NCBI GenBank assembly: GCA_035758565.1
Contig: DASTXL010000001.1
Span: 396,981 to 460,980, forward strand
Length of the DNA: 64,000 nt
Reading direction: 5' to 3'
Source of the DNA: Candidatus Saccharimonadales bacterium
GTDB taxonomy: Bacteria > Patescibacteriota > Saccharimonadia > Saccharimonadales > UBA10212
Shown here: positions 1 through 10,098 of the stretch, one piece after another
Layout of the letters: each line of letters begins with the position of its first letter
How positions within the stretch are numbered: the stretch's first letter is position 1
Position numbers and translations under genes: made by a program
The notes under the pieces: model-generated
Told to the model about the DNA's origin: nothing
The model's database searches: none
Seen by the model: only the letters and a program-made list of their open reading frames with translations

Positions 1-841
1 AACAATCACCTTCGCGAGTATTGATAATATTTCTAGCTTTTCTAAGGACGGCATCATCAAGAATTTTTTTAAGCTTCTCTGTTCTTTTTGATTTACCAAT
101 GCTATTAATGTGGTAAATGGCTTGCTCTATCTGCTCTGTGCGAATACATTCTTCTATGAATTCTAGATCGGGCTTCGCCTCGCTATCGCTCCTCAACTCC
201 CGCTGAGATTCATTGGCCCGGGCGCCAAGCGTATTCATGGCAGTATCCGCCTCTTTTTGGAGAGCCTCTATTCTCTCGCGGGCCAGCGCTCTGAAATGAT
301 CAAATGCCTCGTTTATAATGTCGGGCTGTATTAAGCCAGGCTCCAGCGCTCTTTCGGCAGCTTCTTGAAGACTCATAGATAGAATTTTGTCCAGTTCAGC
401 CATTACTTCCGGGGCAAAGTCTGCCACATCTAAACCGTCTTCTGCGAAGTCGCCGAGCTGCGCTCGCAATGCTTCCATTAACGGCTTACGATATGCAGCC
501 ACCAGCTCACACGGTGGCACTTGGTCCTCCAAGCTAGCTGGCGGCAAAGTTAACTGAACATCGGGAGAAGTCAGCTCACGAGTGGTGGCGTAGGCGAATT
601 GCATCCTGACGCTGTAGTGGCATTGCTTCAGGACTTTGGACATAGATCCCAGAAAAGCCAGTTCAAGGTTCAACTCATTAACAGGCTGGCCGCTATCTTC
701 TAGCATCTGCCTTCCCTCAAGAACTATCGCGTTAAGCTCTTCAGCCACAGCCTCCTGAAAAGTTTCTTGTCTTTCTGCGGCTAGATCTAGTTTTCGTGAT
801 CTTATTTCGTGGTCACTGTTGCCCAAAAAACTTTCGGTCAT
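1..841 (-). CDS. hypothetical protein (partial, appears to run off the window start)
   Basis: Manual translation from ATG at 841 (MTESFLGNSDHEIRSRKLDLAAERQETFQEAVAEELNAIVLEG...) was open over the ~100 codons checked. Starts 5 nt after the lysS stop. Absent from the ORF track, consistent with no stop inside the window. Confidence 0.65.
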   Translation of the reverse strand, partial: MTESFLGNSDHEIRSRKLDLAAERQETFQEAVAEELNAIVLEGRQMLEDSGQPVNELNLELAFLGSMSKVLKQCHYSVRMQFAYATTRELTSPDVQLTLPPASLEDQVPPCELVAAYRKPLMEALRAQLGDFAEDGLDVADFAPEVMAELDKILSMSLQEAAERALEPGLIQPDIINEAFDHFRALARERIEALQKEADTAMNTLGARANESQRELRSDSEAKPDLEFIEECIRTEQIEQAIYHINSIGKSKRTEKLKKILDDAVLRKARNIINTREGDC

Positions 842-846
842 ATTGT

Positions 847-2355
847 CTACTCAAACTTTAAGTCTGGATAAATCCCGCGGGTGACGTCATCGACATCGTA
901 ACGCAGCTGCGGGAAAGGCACGCCTTCGCGAGCAGTGACTCCCTCTAGTAACCAAAAAACCCGCTCAGAATGACCCCAACCGCAAGTTGGCGGCATACCA
1001 TATTCCAGCATTTCTACGTAATCTATATCAAGCATCTGGGCTTCTTCGTCACCGGCGTCGCGCATAGCTTGCTGTTCGCGGAAGCGAGCCAGCTGGTCTA
1101 GTGGATCATTCAGCTCGCTATAACCGTTACCGAGTTCGGTACCGGCAATTACGGGCTGGAAACGCTCTACGGTTTCTGGACGCTCTGGATTCTTTTTGGC
1201 CAGCGGGCTGATAAATAGCGGCGTATTAATTAACCAAGTCGGACCTTCTAAGTCTTTTCTGATGTTCTTCCAGAGTTTGTCTATGCCCCGAGCTTTGTTG
1301 TCGGTCTTTTCGACCACTAACTTATTGTCGGCTAGGGCTTTTTTAACGTCTTCTAGGCTGCAGTTATAAGGATCAATGCCATATTTTGATTCAATAGCCT
1401 CGGCATAATCAAGCTTTTGCCACTGCTTATCGAGGTCCACTTTAAAATCGCCTATTTCAAACTGCATTTTGCCAAAGGTTTTAAGCGCAATGTATTTAAA
1501 CATGTCTTCCATAAATGCCATACCATCGCGCCAGTCGGCGTAAGCCCAGTACCATTCCATGGCTACGTGCTCAGGCAGATGCTCGTCGGTGTAATGTTCG
1601 TTGCGAAAGCGCGGACCGATATCATATACCTTTTCGTAACCGCCGCCAATTAGTTTTTTGAGCGGTAATTCATGACTAATGCGCAAGTAAAAATCCTGGT
1701 CTAAAACATCCATGTGGGTTTTAAAAGGTTTAGCATCAGCCCCGCCGGTTGTGTGCTCTAAAACTGGAATATTTACCTCAACAAAACCATGTTTATTCAG
1801 ATATTCGCGGTTAGCTTCCCAGAATTTGCTGCGCCGGATAAAACGCTCGTAGACTTCCTGGTTGGCATTAAGGTCGACGTAGCGGCGGCGAAAACGCTCT
1901 TCTTTATTAGTCAAACCGTCTCTGCCCGGCAGCGGCCGCAAGCTTTTAGCCAGCAATCTGAGCTCACTAACCTGAACTGATATCTCGCCAGTTTGAGTCT
2001 TGATAACAGGCCCAGTAGCCTGGATAAAATCTCCACTGTTTAATAGGCCGATTTCAGAAAAATTAAGCTGGCTTTTACTGTGGTCGGCTGCCGGCATATT
2101 TGTTTCCGTCAAGAACAACTGGAGCTGGCCGCTATGGTCTTTTAAAACAATGAAGGCAATCTTACCAAAGCTGCGAATACCAGTTACCCGGCCAACGACA
2201 CTGACTTCATTGCCGGATAACTCCTCGAATTTCGGAGTTATGTCGCCAAGTAAATGAGTCCTTTTAGCGTGGGCGGGGTATGGATCGATGCCGAGCTTCT
2301 TGATTTCTTCAAGTTTTTTCAGCCGCTCGTCGCGATAGTCTTTCAGAGTTGCCAT
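847..2355 (-). CDS. lysS: lysine--tRNA ligase (class II)
   Basis: OB-fold anticodon domain, RRRYVDL, GGADAKPF, YLRIS, FRNE, ELGNGYSELNDP, EYGMPP motifs. Confidence 0.97.
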   Translation of the reverse strand: MATLKDYRDERLKKLEEIKKLGIDPYPAHAKRTHLLGDITPKFEELSGNEVSVVGRVTGIRSFGKIAFIVLKDHSGQLQLFLTETNMPAADHSKSQLNFSEIGLLNSGDFIQATGPVIKTQTGEISVQVSELRLLAKSLRPLPGRDGLTNKEERFRRRYVDLNANQEVYERFIRRSKFWEANREYLNKHGFVEVNIPVLEHTTGGADAKPFKTHMDVLDQDFYLRISHELPLKKLIGGGYEKVYDIGPRFRNEHYTDEHLPEHVAMEWYWAYADWRDGMAFMEDMFKYIALKTFGKMQFEIGDFKVDLDKQWQKLDYAEAIESKYGIDPYNCSLEDVKKALADNKLVVEKTDNKARGIDKLWKNIRKDLEGPTWLINTPLFISPLAKKNPERPETVERFQPVIAGTELGNGYSELNDPLDQLARFREQQAMRDAGDEEAQMLDIDYVEMLEYGMPPTCGWGHSERVFWLLEGVTAREGVPFPQLRYDVDDVTRGIYPDLKFE

Positions 2356-2407
2356 ATAAATAGTAGTTTATATTCTTTGGTATCTATTATCAAAGAATAG
2401 CGTAAAG

Positions 2408-2854
2408 TTATGAGATGTCAGTAATCTTGTAGGAGACCGAATTTATTTCGATCTGGTCACCAACTTTTTTGCCCAGCAAAGCTTTGCCAATTGGAGCCTC
2501 GTCGGATAGTTTACCGTTCAAGGGATCGGCCTCCATGGTGCCCACAACTTGGAATTCCTTAGTGGTGCCGTCGTTTTTTAGCTTAACCACCGAACCCAAA
2601 CGTACCTGGCCGTCGCTTTTAGGTTTCTTGATAACCTGGGCGTTTTGCAAAATGTGGTCTAGCTCGGAAATGCGGGATTCTAAGCGATCTTGCTCTTCGC
2701 GGGCAGTTTGATACTCGGCGTTTTCGCTTAAGTCACCTAACTCACGAGCTTCTTTAATGCGGTCAGCAACAGCCACACGCTGAGACATTAAACCTTCAAG
2801 CTCACTTTTAAGCTCGTCTAGTCCGGATTGGGTCAGTTTAAACTGTTTTTTCAT
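2408..2854 (-). CDS. greA: transcription elongation factor GreA
   Basis: ARELGDLSENAEY motif; C-terminal EADP..S..APIGKALLG. Confidence 0.97.
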   Translation of the reverse strand: MKKQFKLTQSGLDELKSELEGLMSQRVAVADRIKEARELGDLSENAEYQTAREEQDRLESRISELDHILQNAQVIKKPKSDGQVRLGSVVKLKNDGTTKEFQVVGTMEADPLNGKLSDEAPIGKALLGKKVGDQIEINSVSYKITDIS

Positions 2855-2941
2855 GATTTACTAAAACCTTGTCTTAAAAAAATAACCCCAAGTTCCCCAC
2901 GAAAGAACTAAGAATGTCGCTTGATTATAGCAAGCCAAGAT

Positions 2942-4189
2942 TTATTTGCCTAGTACTTGGATTACAGAAGTTAAGCCGACAATTTGAGTCTCTTCTGAGC
3001 TGCGCGATTTAAGCTCAAAACCGCCGCTCTCAAGAGATTTAGCACTAACCACTAGGCGGAATGGCAGACCCAATAAATCGGCGTCAGCAAACTGCTCGCC
3101 AGGCCGCTCGCCTCGATCGTCGTAGAGCACCTCGATGCCAGCTGATTTAAGCTTTTCATAGGCTTCGTCGGCTGCTTTTAATATCGCGGGATCATCGCCC
3201 AATCGGCACAAATAAACATGATACGGGGCTACATTCACTGGCCATACCAACCCGCGCTCGTCGGCAAACTTTTCAGCTATAACACCCATAAGTCTAGTGA
3301 TCCCGATGCCATAAGACGCCAAGTAGACTGGCTTCTCTTGCCCTTCGGCGTCGCTAAAGTAAACGCCCATTTGCTGAGCCTTATCGGACCCAAAGTTAAA
3401 AATGTTACCTACTTCGGCGCTTTTGACCACTTCTAGTTCGTCTTTTGAAATGTTAAGTTCCTTGATAGCTTCATCTAGAACTTCTTCGTTTACAGCAATA
3501 TTTCGGCCACGATGCAAGTAAAGAACATCTTCGCCAGCATCACAAATGGTCTGGAACTCATGACTGAATTTAGTAAACGCGCCACCGCTCGCGAAAGTTA
3601 CGAATGTTTCCTTGCCAATGCCAAGCCGTTCGTAAACTTTTTTGTAGGCTTCGATAACTTTGTTGTAGTAATCATCCAGATCTTCGGCCGAAGTGTGCAG
3701 AGAGTACATGTCTTTCATGACGAATTCGCGGCCGCGCATTATGCCGCTTTTGGCCCTAAGTTCGTTACGCAGTTTTGTTTGGAATTGGTAAACGCTAGCT
3801 GGCAAGTCTTTATAACTCTGGATGAACTGCTGCATCATGGCCAGAATTGGTTCCTCATGACTCCAGGCCAAGCCCAACTCACTTCCATCCTGCAAATGAG
3901 TCTTAAACCAAACGTCTACGACCTTTTCGTCCCAACGGCCGGTTTTCTGCCAGATATCCGGTCGTTGCAGATTGGTCATTATCAGCTCTTGGCCGCCAAT
4001 AGCATTCATTTCTTCGCGAACAATTTGTTTGATGTTTTCCAGCACCTTAAAGCCGAGCGGCAAATAATCATAAACGCCGGCCATTTCTTTATGCACAAAA
4101 CCAGCGCGAATCAATAATTGTGCGTTAAGAGATTCTTCGTCAGCCGGTGTTTGCTTGCGAGTAGAAATAAATAGTTGGCTTCGTCTCAT
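2942..4189 (-). CDS. proS: proline--tRNA ligase (short form)
   Basis: LLIRAGF, QFQTKLRNELR, MRGREFVMKDMYS, EVGNIF, YGIGITR, DDR...G..FADADLLG anticodon domain. Confidence 0.95.
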   Translation of the reverse strand: MRRSQLFISTRKQTPADEESLNAQLLIRAGFVHKEMAGVYDYLPLGFKVLENIKQIVREEMNAIGGQELIMTNLQRPDIWQKTGRWDEKVVDVWFKTHLQDGSELGLAWSHEEPILAMMQQFIQSYKDLPASVYQFQTKLRNELRAKSGIMRGREFVMKDMYSLHTSAEDLDDYYNKVIEAYKKVYERLGIGKETFVTFASGGAFTKFSHEFQTICDAGEDVLYLHRGRNIAVNEEVLDEAIKELNISKDELEVVKSAEVGNIFNFGSDKAQQMGVYFSDAEGQEKPVYLASYGIGITRLMGVIAEKFADERGLVWPVNVAPYHVYLCRLGDDPAILKAADEAYEKLKSAGIEVLYDDRGERPGEQFADADLLGLPFRLVVSAKSLESGGFELKSRSSEETQIVGLTSVIQVLGK

Positions 4190-4219
4190 ATCTTGATTTA
4201 GTTTACCTAGAAAAGTCCG

Positions 4220-4984
4220 CTAGTGGAAGTGAACACCAAAAGCGACCAGATTGTTGAGCATGTGCACTAATATTCCAGCATAGAGCGCACCAGTCGATTC
4301 CCTAAGATAAACCAGCACCAACGAAAGAACAAAAGTATCGATGCCAGCGGCCCAAAGCAGTGGCGCACCACCACCAATTTCTAGATGGGCAATTCCAAAC
4401 AAAATGCTGGTAACAATTGCCGCCGGCCAAAACTTTAGCCTGGCTCTTAAGCCCGAAAATAAATAACCACGAACCAGCGGCTCTTCGCCAAGAGGCGGCA
4501 CAATCACCAGAGCTGCGAAAGCCAGCAGATTATCAGTGGTGGTAGTTATATTGTTAAAACCCAGATCCTGTTGCTGATTGGTGTTAACATTGGGCAAAAA
4601 TACACTGACTAGCAGGCTGGCAACTATAAGTAGTCCGTAAAATACGGTGAAGCCAATCAGGGCTTTGAATACGTCGTCCCAAATCGGCCGGCGGCCAAGT
4701 CCTATGAATCTTGGCGGCAAACGACGGTTTTTAAGACTCAATAAAACTAGGGCTACCGCCAGACCTTCGGCGAGTATGACATAAAAAAATTGCCCAGCCG
4801 ACGAATTATCAAGCAGGCCGGCCACATTGATATGGGGGTGCATAATCGACAAAATCAACTCAACTATAAAAGCAGCCAGAATTTGACTAAAGAAAAAAAT
4901 GACTAGCGTGTTGAAAATTAGCCAATACGGACCGCCCAGGTCTGCCCTGTCTCGGCCCTTAAAAAGATTTAGCTTTGTCTTCAT
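4220..4984 (-). CDS. CPBP/CAAX (Abi) family intramembrane metalloprotease
   Basis: Multiple TM helices; EE..RG, F..AH and H...N motifs. Confidence 0.9.
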   Translation of the reverse strand: MKTKLNLFKGRDRADLGGPYWLIFNTLVIFFFSQILAAFIVELILSIMHPHINVAGLLDNSSAGQFFYVILAEGLAVALVLLSLKNRRLPPRFIGLGRRPIWDDVFKALIGFTVFYGLLIVASLLVSVFLPNVNTNQQQDLGFNNITTTTDNLLAFAALVIVPPLGEEPLVRGYLFSGLRARLKFWPAAIVTSILFGIAHLEIGGGAPLLWAAGIDTFVLSLVLVYLRESTGALYAGILVHMLNNLVAFGVHFH

Positions 4985-4991
4985 GTTTCCT

Positions 4992-6170
4992 CTAGAAGAA
5001 TCGCCTGACGTCTACAATGGTTATTAAAACCATCAAAGCCAGCAATACAACCATGCCAGCGCCGACGATTTTTTCTTCAGTCTCCGGAGCGAGGGGTTTC
5101 TTAAAGATGCCGCGCGACACCAGCATCATAAAGAGCCGTCCGCCATCCAGAGCCGGTATCGGCAAGACATTCATGAGTGCCAAAGTCAAAGATATAAGTG
5201 CGATTAAAGCAATAACAAAATTAAAGCCCAGGCTGCCGCTGTTCCAAAGAACATCCATAATAGCCACCGGACCGCCAACTTGGCTCTCGGCTGCTGTTTG
5301 ACCATTAACCCTGGCCGCGTGATTGCCCGTAACCAATCCAGCAATCAACGATCCCAGCCCGCCGATTGCGTGGCCCAGGCCTTGAACGGTTAACCAGACA
5401 AGTTGACTGGCAAAACCGATTGCCGTAAGCGGAGCGCTCCAGGTTGAGCGCTGAATTGTAATCTGATTAGGCGACACTCCTAGATAACCCTTCTGGCCGT
5501 TGCTGGCCTCAACTTCTTTAGCGCCCAGAAGCTGCACGTCTTTGGTCTCTATTTTTCCGCTGTGCTTATAAGTCAGCGTCACTTTTTTGCCGGCAAATCG
5601 AGTAGTGGCGTCATGGAGTTGCGAAGTAGTATTGATGTTATCGTGCTGATTCTTGTAGCTAACCGAGGTAATAATATCTTGACTGGATAGTCCAATCTTT
5701 TGGGCCGGCGAGCCGTCGATTACAAGACCAGCTTCTACTTGCTGTTGAATAACGTGCGTATCGTTTTTAATAGTGAATTGATCTTGGCCGTTATAGTCTT
5801 TACTAATCAGGACCGGCATACCAACCCAGCCCAAAATTGTTAAGAGAACAAGTCCAATTAAGGCATTCATGGCTACGCCAGCCAATAAAATTTTGGTCTT
5901 TGAGCCGAGAGCGGCCGCGCCAAAACTACCCTTGGCGGTATCGTTATCGTGCTCGCCTTTAAGTTTCACAAAACCACCCAGCGGCAGCCAGTTAACGCTT
6001 AGTAGCAAGCCGCTTTTTAGACGGCGGCCGTAAGCTCTCGGCGGAAAACCTAAGCCGAACTCTTCGGCGTCAACGCCGTTTCGTCGAGCCACAATAAAAT
6101 GGCCCCATTCGTGACCTAAAATCAAGCCTATGAAAAGAATTACGGCCAACACAAACAGAGCTATTTGCAT
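4992..6170 (-). CDS. rseP: site-2 protease (M50) with PDZ domain, RseP-like
   Basis: HEWGH, PLGGFVK, PDZ-like segment, NVLPIPALDGG; syntenic with uppS/proS. Confidence 0.93.
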   Translation of the reverse strand: MQIALFVLAVILFIGLILGHEWGHFIVARRNGVDAEEFGLGFPPRAYGRRLKSGLLLSVNWLPLGGFVKLKGEHDNDTAKGSFGAAALGSKTKILLAGVAMNALIGLVLLTILGWVGMPVLISKDYNGQDQFTIKNDTHVIQQQVEAGLVIDGSPAQKIGLSSQDIITSVSYKNQHDNINTTSQLHDATTRFAGKKVTLTYKHSGKIETKDVQLLGAKEVEASNGQKGYLGVSPNQITIQRSTWSAPLTAIGFASQLVWLTVQGLGHAIGGLGSLIAGLVTGNHAARVNGQTAAESQVGGPVAIMDVLWNSGSLGFNFVIALIALISLTLALMNVLPIPALDGGRLFMMLVSRGIFKKPLAPETEEKIVGAGMVVLLALMVLITIVDVRRFF

Positions 6171-6211
6171 AAGCTAAATTGTATCACGCTAACCTGATAA
6201 TAATCTGTTAG

Positions 6212-6895
6212 CTAAGCTCCATATCGGCGCTGGCGATTGGCGAACTCGTCTAGTGCGAAGTCAATGTCTTCGGGAGTAAAGTCGGGCCAGTGCTTATCTA
6301 GAAATAGCAGTTCAGAATAGGCTGCCCTATAGAGCATGAAGCCACTTAGTCGCTGTTCGCCAGAGGTTCGGATAATCAGATCCAGTGGTGGCACTTCCGG
6401 CTTGTATAAGTAGCTTTCAAAGGTTTCTAAGTCTAGTGAATCTGCATTAATTTTTTGTTCAATTATCGCCTTGGCCGCATCTACTATTTCCTGCTGCCCG
6501 CCATAATTGAAGCATAAAGCCAGAGTCCCGCCGGTATTGCCAGCTGTTTTACTCTCGGCCTGCTCAATGGCTTTGAGAACCGGCTTTGATAGTTTATCGC
6601 GGCTGCCAAGAATTAAAATCTTGATATTATCGCGGTGAAAATCGTCTAAGTATTCTGTAATTGCCCGCGTAACCAAACGCATCAAAAAGCCTACTTCTTC
6701 TTCGGTACGCTTCCAGTTCTCGGTAGAGAAAACAAAGGCGCTAAGATACGGGATTTTCTTTTCTAGAAACGTGTAGCGTGAAAGTTCATAAAAGTTCTTG
6801 TAACCGGCCAGGTGGCCGTCCATTGGTTTTTTGCCCTGGGCGCGCGCCCAGCGACGATTGCCGTCCATAATGACGCCTATATGCTGTGGTTTCAC
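6212..6895 (-). CDS. uppS: undecaprenyl diphosphate synthase (cis-prenyltransferase)
   Basis: HIGVIMDGNRRWA, FSTENWKR, IRTSGEQRLSGF. Confidence 0.96.
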   Translation of the reverse strand: MKPQHIGVIMDGNRRWARAQGKKPMDGHLAGYKNFYELSRYTFLEKKIPYLSAFVFSTENWKRTEEEVGFLMRLVTRAITEYLDDFHRDNIKILILGSRDKLSKPVLKAIEQAESKTAGNTGGTLALCFNYGGQQEIVDAAKAIIEQKINADSLDLETFESYLYKPEVPPLDLIIRTSGEQRLSGFMLYRAAYSELLFLDKHWPDFTPEDIDFALDEFANRQRRYGA

Positions 6896-7948
6896 CTATT
6901 TATTCCTGCTCGTAACATAATCTATTAAATCTGATAAAAAATCTTTGGCGGCCTGATCAAAACTACTGGAAGTGATAGCTTTTTTAGTCTTAGTAGAAAA
7001 CTCTTGGGCTTTGGCCTCTACGGCAGAACGAGCGCCGCAATTTTCGACAATTGCCTGTACTTCTTCAAATTCTGATTGACTTAAGTGCTGGTTCCCCAAC
7101 GCCTTGCGCACTAAACCTGCGTTTTGATGGCCTGCACGCTCCAAAGTATACAGCATTAAGAGCGTAAATTTACCTTCTTTTAGATCGTCTTGAGCCGATT
7201 TACCCGTTTCTGTTGGATTGCCAAACAGGCCTAAAAGATCATCTTGCAACTGAAAAGCCACACCGGCCGGCCGGCCAATCGATTCTATTTCCTTCATAAA
7301 GTCTGGCTCGGCTTTGCCGGCTAAAATAGCGCCGAGCTGCAATGGGCTAATGAAGCTGTAGTAGCTGACTTTCATCTCTAGTAAATGGATAATTTGTGCC
7401 TCGGTAGCTTGAACTTTTAGGTCATTATTCAAATCATCCATTTGCCCGTAAACCGTAGCTAAGATATTCCTATGCAGGACCTGCGATGCCTGGCTTAAAC
7501 GAGCCGGCTCGGCCTCAATTAAGCTCAAGATGTACGAAGCTAGATGCTCGCCCAGCAAACCAACATTAATAGCCATCATGCTGGCCAAATACTCACTGCT
7601 TTTACCTAGTTCGGCAGCCAACAGTCTATGGACCGTTGGCTTGCCTCGACGCTCTGGCGAACGATCCATAACATCGTCAATAATGCATAGATAACTTTGA
7701 ACCAGTTCTTGGGCAATGGCGGCGTTAATAATAGAGTCCGAAGACTCACCGGCTAAGCTTTCGTACGCAAAAAGAGTCAGAGCACCGCGCAGCCTCTTGC
7801 CTGGCCGCAAAGTGAACTCTTTTAAGTACCCTAGAAGTTTAAGTTCGTAGTCATTAAGCTCCAGACCGCCCGCCGAAAGATCCGATTCAAAAAAATCAGC
7901 CAAGGCATTGTCGATCCGCTGGCGATAACTTTCGAGCTGGGACTGCAT
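6896..7948 (-). CDS. trans-polyprenyl diphosphate synthase (IdsA/IspA family)
   Basis: GKRLR, DDVMD..RRG (FARM), GQ..D, FQLQDD (SARM), DDLKEGK. Confidence 0.92.
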   Translation of the reverse strand: MQSQLESYRQRIDNALADFFESDLSAGGLELNDYELKLLGYLKEFTLRPGKRLRGALTLFAYESLAGESSDSIINAAIAQELVQSYLCIIDDVMDRSPERRGKPTVHRLLAAELGKSSEYLASMMAINVGLLGEHLASYILSLIEAEPARLSQASQVLHRNILATVYGQMDDLNNDLKVQATEAQIIHLLEMKVSYYSFISPLQLGAILAGKAEPDFMKEIESIGRPAGVAFQLQDDLLGLFGNPTETGKSAQDDLKEGKFTLLMLYTLERAGHQNAGLVRKALGNQHLSQSEFEEVQAIVENCGARSAVEAKAQEFSTKTKKAITSSSFDQAAKDFLSDLIDYVTSRNK

Positions 7949-7957
7949 GCTAACCCG

Positions 7958-8521
7958 CTAAACGGTCATTATCTCTTGTTCTTTGGCTTTGGCTAGAGCT
8001 TCAACTTCAGCTTTTTGTTTAGCAAGCAGTTCATCTACTTGTTTTTCAAAACGAGCAAGATCGTCTTTGCTAATATCTTTATCTTTTTCGGCTTGCTCGG
8101 CGCGTCGGAGTGCCTCGTGGCGGATATTGCGGGCACTGATCATAGTTTCTTCAACTTTCTGGCCCAGGACTTTGACCATTTGCTGTCTGGTTTCGGTAGT
8201 TAATGGCGGAATCTGGATACGCACGACACGGCCGTCATCTGCCGGATTTAGACCCAGGGACTGGTTGTTGCGGATGGCGTCGCTAATAGCCTGCAGATTG
8301 TTTGGGTCAAAAGGTGTTATTTGTAACAACTGGGCCTCAGGCGCCGTAATAGTAGCCGTGGCTTTCAATGGCATCTGCTGGCCGTAAACCTCAACCATGA
8401 CATTATCAAGCATACCCGGATGGGCCCGGCCAGTGCGGATTTTGGCTATCTCTTGCTTGAAGTGCTCAGCCGCGGCGTTAAGTTTTGTACGGGCGTCATC
8501 AAGAGTTTGGTTTGGATTCAT
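7958..8521 (-). CDS. frr: ribosome recycling factor
   Basis: IRTGRA, IPPLT.E.R, RNIR. Start moved from 8536 to ATG 8521 because a TATAAT lies just upstream of it. Confidence 0.95.
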   Translation of the reverse strand: MNPNQTLDDARTKLNAAAEHFKQEIAKIRTGRAHPGMLDNVMVEVYGQQMPLKATATITAPEAQLLQITPFDPNNLQAISDAIRNNQSLGLNPADDGRVVRIQIPPLTTETRQQMVKVLGQKVEETMISARNIRHEALRRAEQAEKDKDISKDDLARFEKQVDELLAKQKAEVEALAKAKEQEIMTV

Positions 8522-8666
8522 AAAAGAATTATACAACGCCCCGCCCCTGTTTAAAAATGAATAAATATTTTATAATTTAAGACCTAGTCAGTGGAAATCT
8601 CCCGTCCAAACTTATCTATAATGCGTGCGGGCCTGCTGGCTTGCACATCAAGAAACGGAGGATTGA

Positions 8667-9041
8667 GTGCTTCTTCGCACCTACCTGCTGCAAGCGTCAG
8701 CGGTGCTGCTGAGCTTCGGTTTGCTGGGGCTCGGCTTGCTCGAAGACTGGTGGCTGATCGCAGACATGCTGCTAGTCCTGGCGATCGCAATGACCGCCGC
8801 TGCGGTGCTCGTGGGCAACGACCACGAGATGCGCGTGATCGCGCTCCTCTTTTCCATCGTCTTTTTCGAGGCGTGGCAAGGGGCGCGCTGGCACTACAAC
8901 GGCTGGCAGCTCGCGGCTGTCGTGCTGTTCGCCGGCATCATCCCGCCCATGACCCTCGTCAACATCGCGGTCTGGCCGGAGATCTGGCGGGAGCGCAAAG
9001 CCCGCCGGTTTCCAGAGACCACCAGCCTGAATCTCGTGTAA
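8667..9041 (+). CDS. hypothetical 4-TM membrane protein (high-GC cassette A, gene 1)
   Basis: GTG start after GGAGG (8657-8661); strong GC3 bias in this frame; four hydrophobic segments. Confidence 0.75.
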   Translation: MLLRTYLLQASAVLLSFGLLGLGLLEDWWLIADMLLVLAIAMTAAAVLVGNDHEMRVIALLFSIVFFEAWQGARWHYNGWQLAAVVLFAGIIPPMTLVNIAVWPEIWRERKARRFPETTSLNLV

Positions 9042-9067
9042 ACGTCCCAACACCCAAAGGATCGGAT

Positions 9068-9841
9068 ATGCTACTGTACGCGTTCTTGGGCGGTCTTGCC
9101 GTCCTGGCCGTCGCCGCAGGCGTCGGCTTGCAGAAGTACTACATCGGCGGTGTCCGCCGGGCCGTCGGCTGGATCGTCAGCCACAGCCTGCCGGTCTTCG
9201 TCAAGCTCGGCATCACCCCGAATCGCATGACCTCCGCAGGCGTCAGCCTGTGCGTGGCCGCCTCTGGGCTGGTGCTGCTCGCCCACTACGACCGCGTGTT
9301 CTACTGGGTGGCAGCGGCCGTGTTCTTCGTCGGCGCCATGCTCGACGTGTTCGACGGCACGCTGGCCCGGGCTACCGGAGCGAGCACGCTATTCGGTGGC
9401 TTCGCCGACTCGGTGACCGACCGCCTGGGCGAAGGCATGATGCTCTCGTGCATCGGCCTGCTGTTCATGTGGCAACACCACCGGTTCGCCGCCTTCATCA
9501 TCGGCCCGACGATCCTGGGCTCCTGCTTGGTCAGCTACGCGCGGGCCAAGGCGGAGCAGCTGGACATCGAGTGCCGCGACGGCATCGGCGGCCGCGCCGA
9601 GCGCTGCTTCCTGATCATCGCTGGCCTCGTTCTGGCTCCGAAAGGCGCACTGCCGTGGGCGATCTACGTCCTGGCGGGTATCGCCTGGCTCACGGTCGGG
9701 CATCGAATGCTGGTGGTTCGCCAGAAGCTCGAGGGCCGCGCCACGTTGCTGAAAGCAGGTGAGCGCTTCGTCGGCCTGCTGGCCGGCATCCTCACCCTGT
9801 CGATCGTGATGATGTACTTCGGCATCGACTCGCCGTGGTGA
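9068..9841 (+). CDS. CDP-alcohol phosphatidyltransferase, PI(P)-synthase-like (cassette A, gene 2)
   Basis: TPN..T, DVFDGTLAR...G...DSVTDR signature, VSYARAKAE...G..GRAER. True start is likely ATG 9068 after AAAGGA, not 8591. Confidence 0.9.
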   Translation: MLLYAFLGGLAVLAVAAGVGLQKYYIGGVRRAVGWIVSHSLPVFVKLGITPNRMTSAGVSLCVAASGLVLLAHYDRVFYWVAAAVFFVGAMLDVFDGTLARATGASTLFGGFADSVTDRLGEGMMLSCIGLLFMWQHHRFAAFIIGPTILGSCLVSYARAKAEQLDIECRDGIGGRAERCFLIIAGLVLAPKGALPWAIYVLAGIAWLTVGHRMLVVRQKLEGRATLLKAGERFVGLLAGILTLSIVMMYFGIDSPW

Positions 9842-9873
9842 GCGCGCCAGAGCGTGCCAATCCTCCACCCTAT

Positions 9874-9948
9874 AGGCGGGATCCAAAACTCAATGGATCC
9901 CGCCTCGCGGCATGGGCTAATTAAGTAGCATTCGCTCGCCCGTGCCGC
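9874..9948 (+). terminator. tandem stem-loops after cassette A, no U-tract
   Basis: AGGCGGGATCCA/TGGATCCCGCCT (9874-9905) and GCGGCATGGGC/GCCCGTGCCGC (9907-9948). Confidence 0.65.
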
Positions 9949-9977
9949 CTCAACTCCTTATAATCTCATGCAGAGTA

Positions 9978-10006
9978 TTGACTTTTATGTAGTTTTATGC
10001 TAATAT
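9978..10006 (+). promoter_or_regulatory. sigma70-type promoter of cassette B
   Basis: TTGACT-17-TAATAT with TG extension. Confidence 0.7.
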
Positions 10007-10098
10007 ATCCCTAACCATCAAGCTTATGCTTTGTTGGAGTCCCTCAAGGTATTACTTCCTTGTCAATTGCAGTAGCGAGAGAAAGGAATCAGCTGGCC

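Noticed and set aside
8591-9067. N-terminal 159-aa extension of the 416-aa ORF
   Set aside because: Arg/Ala-rich off-frame read-through of the high-GC gene 8667-9041; a good SD and ATG exist at 9068.
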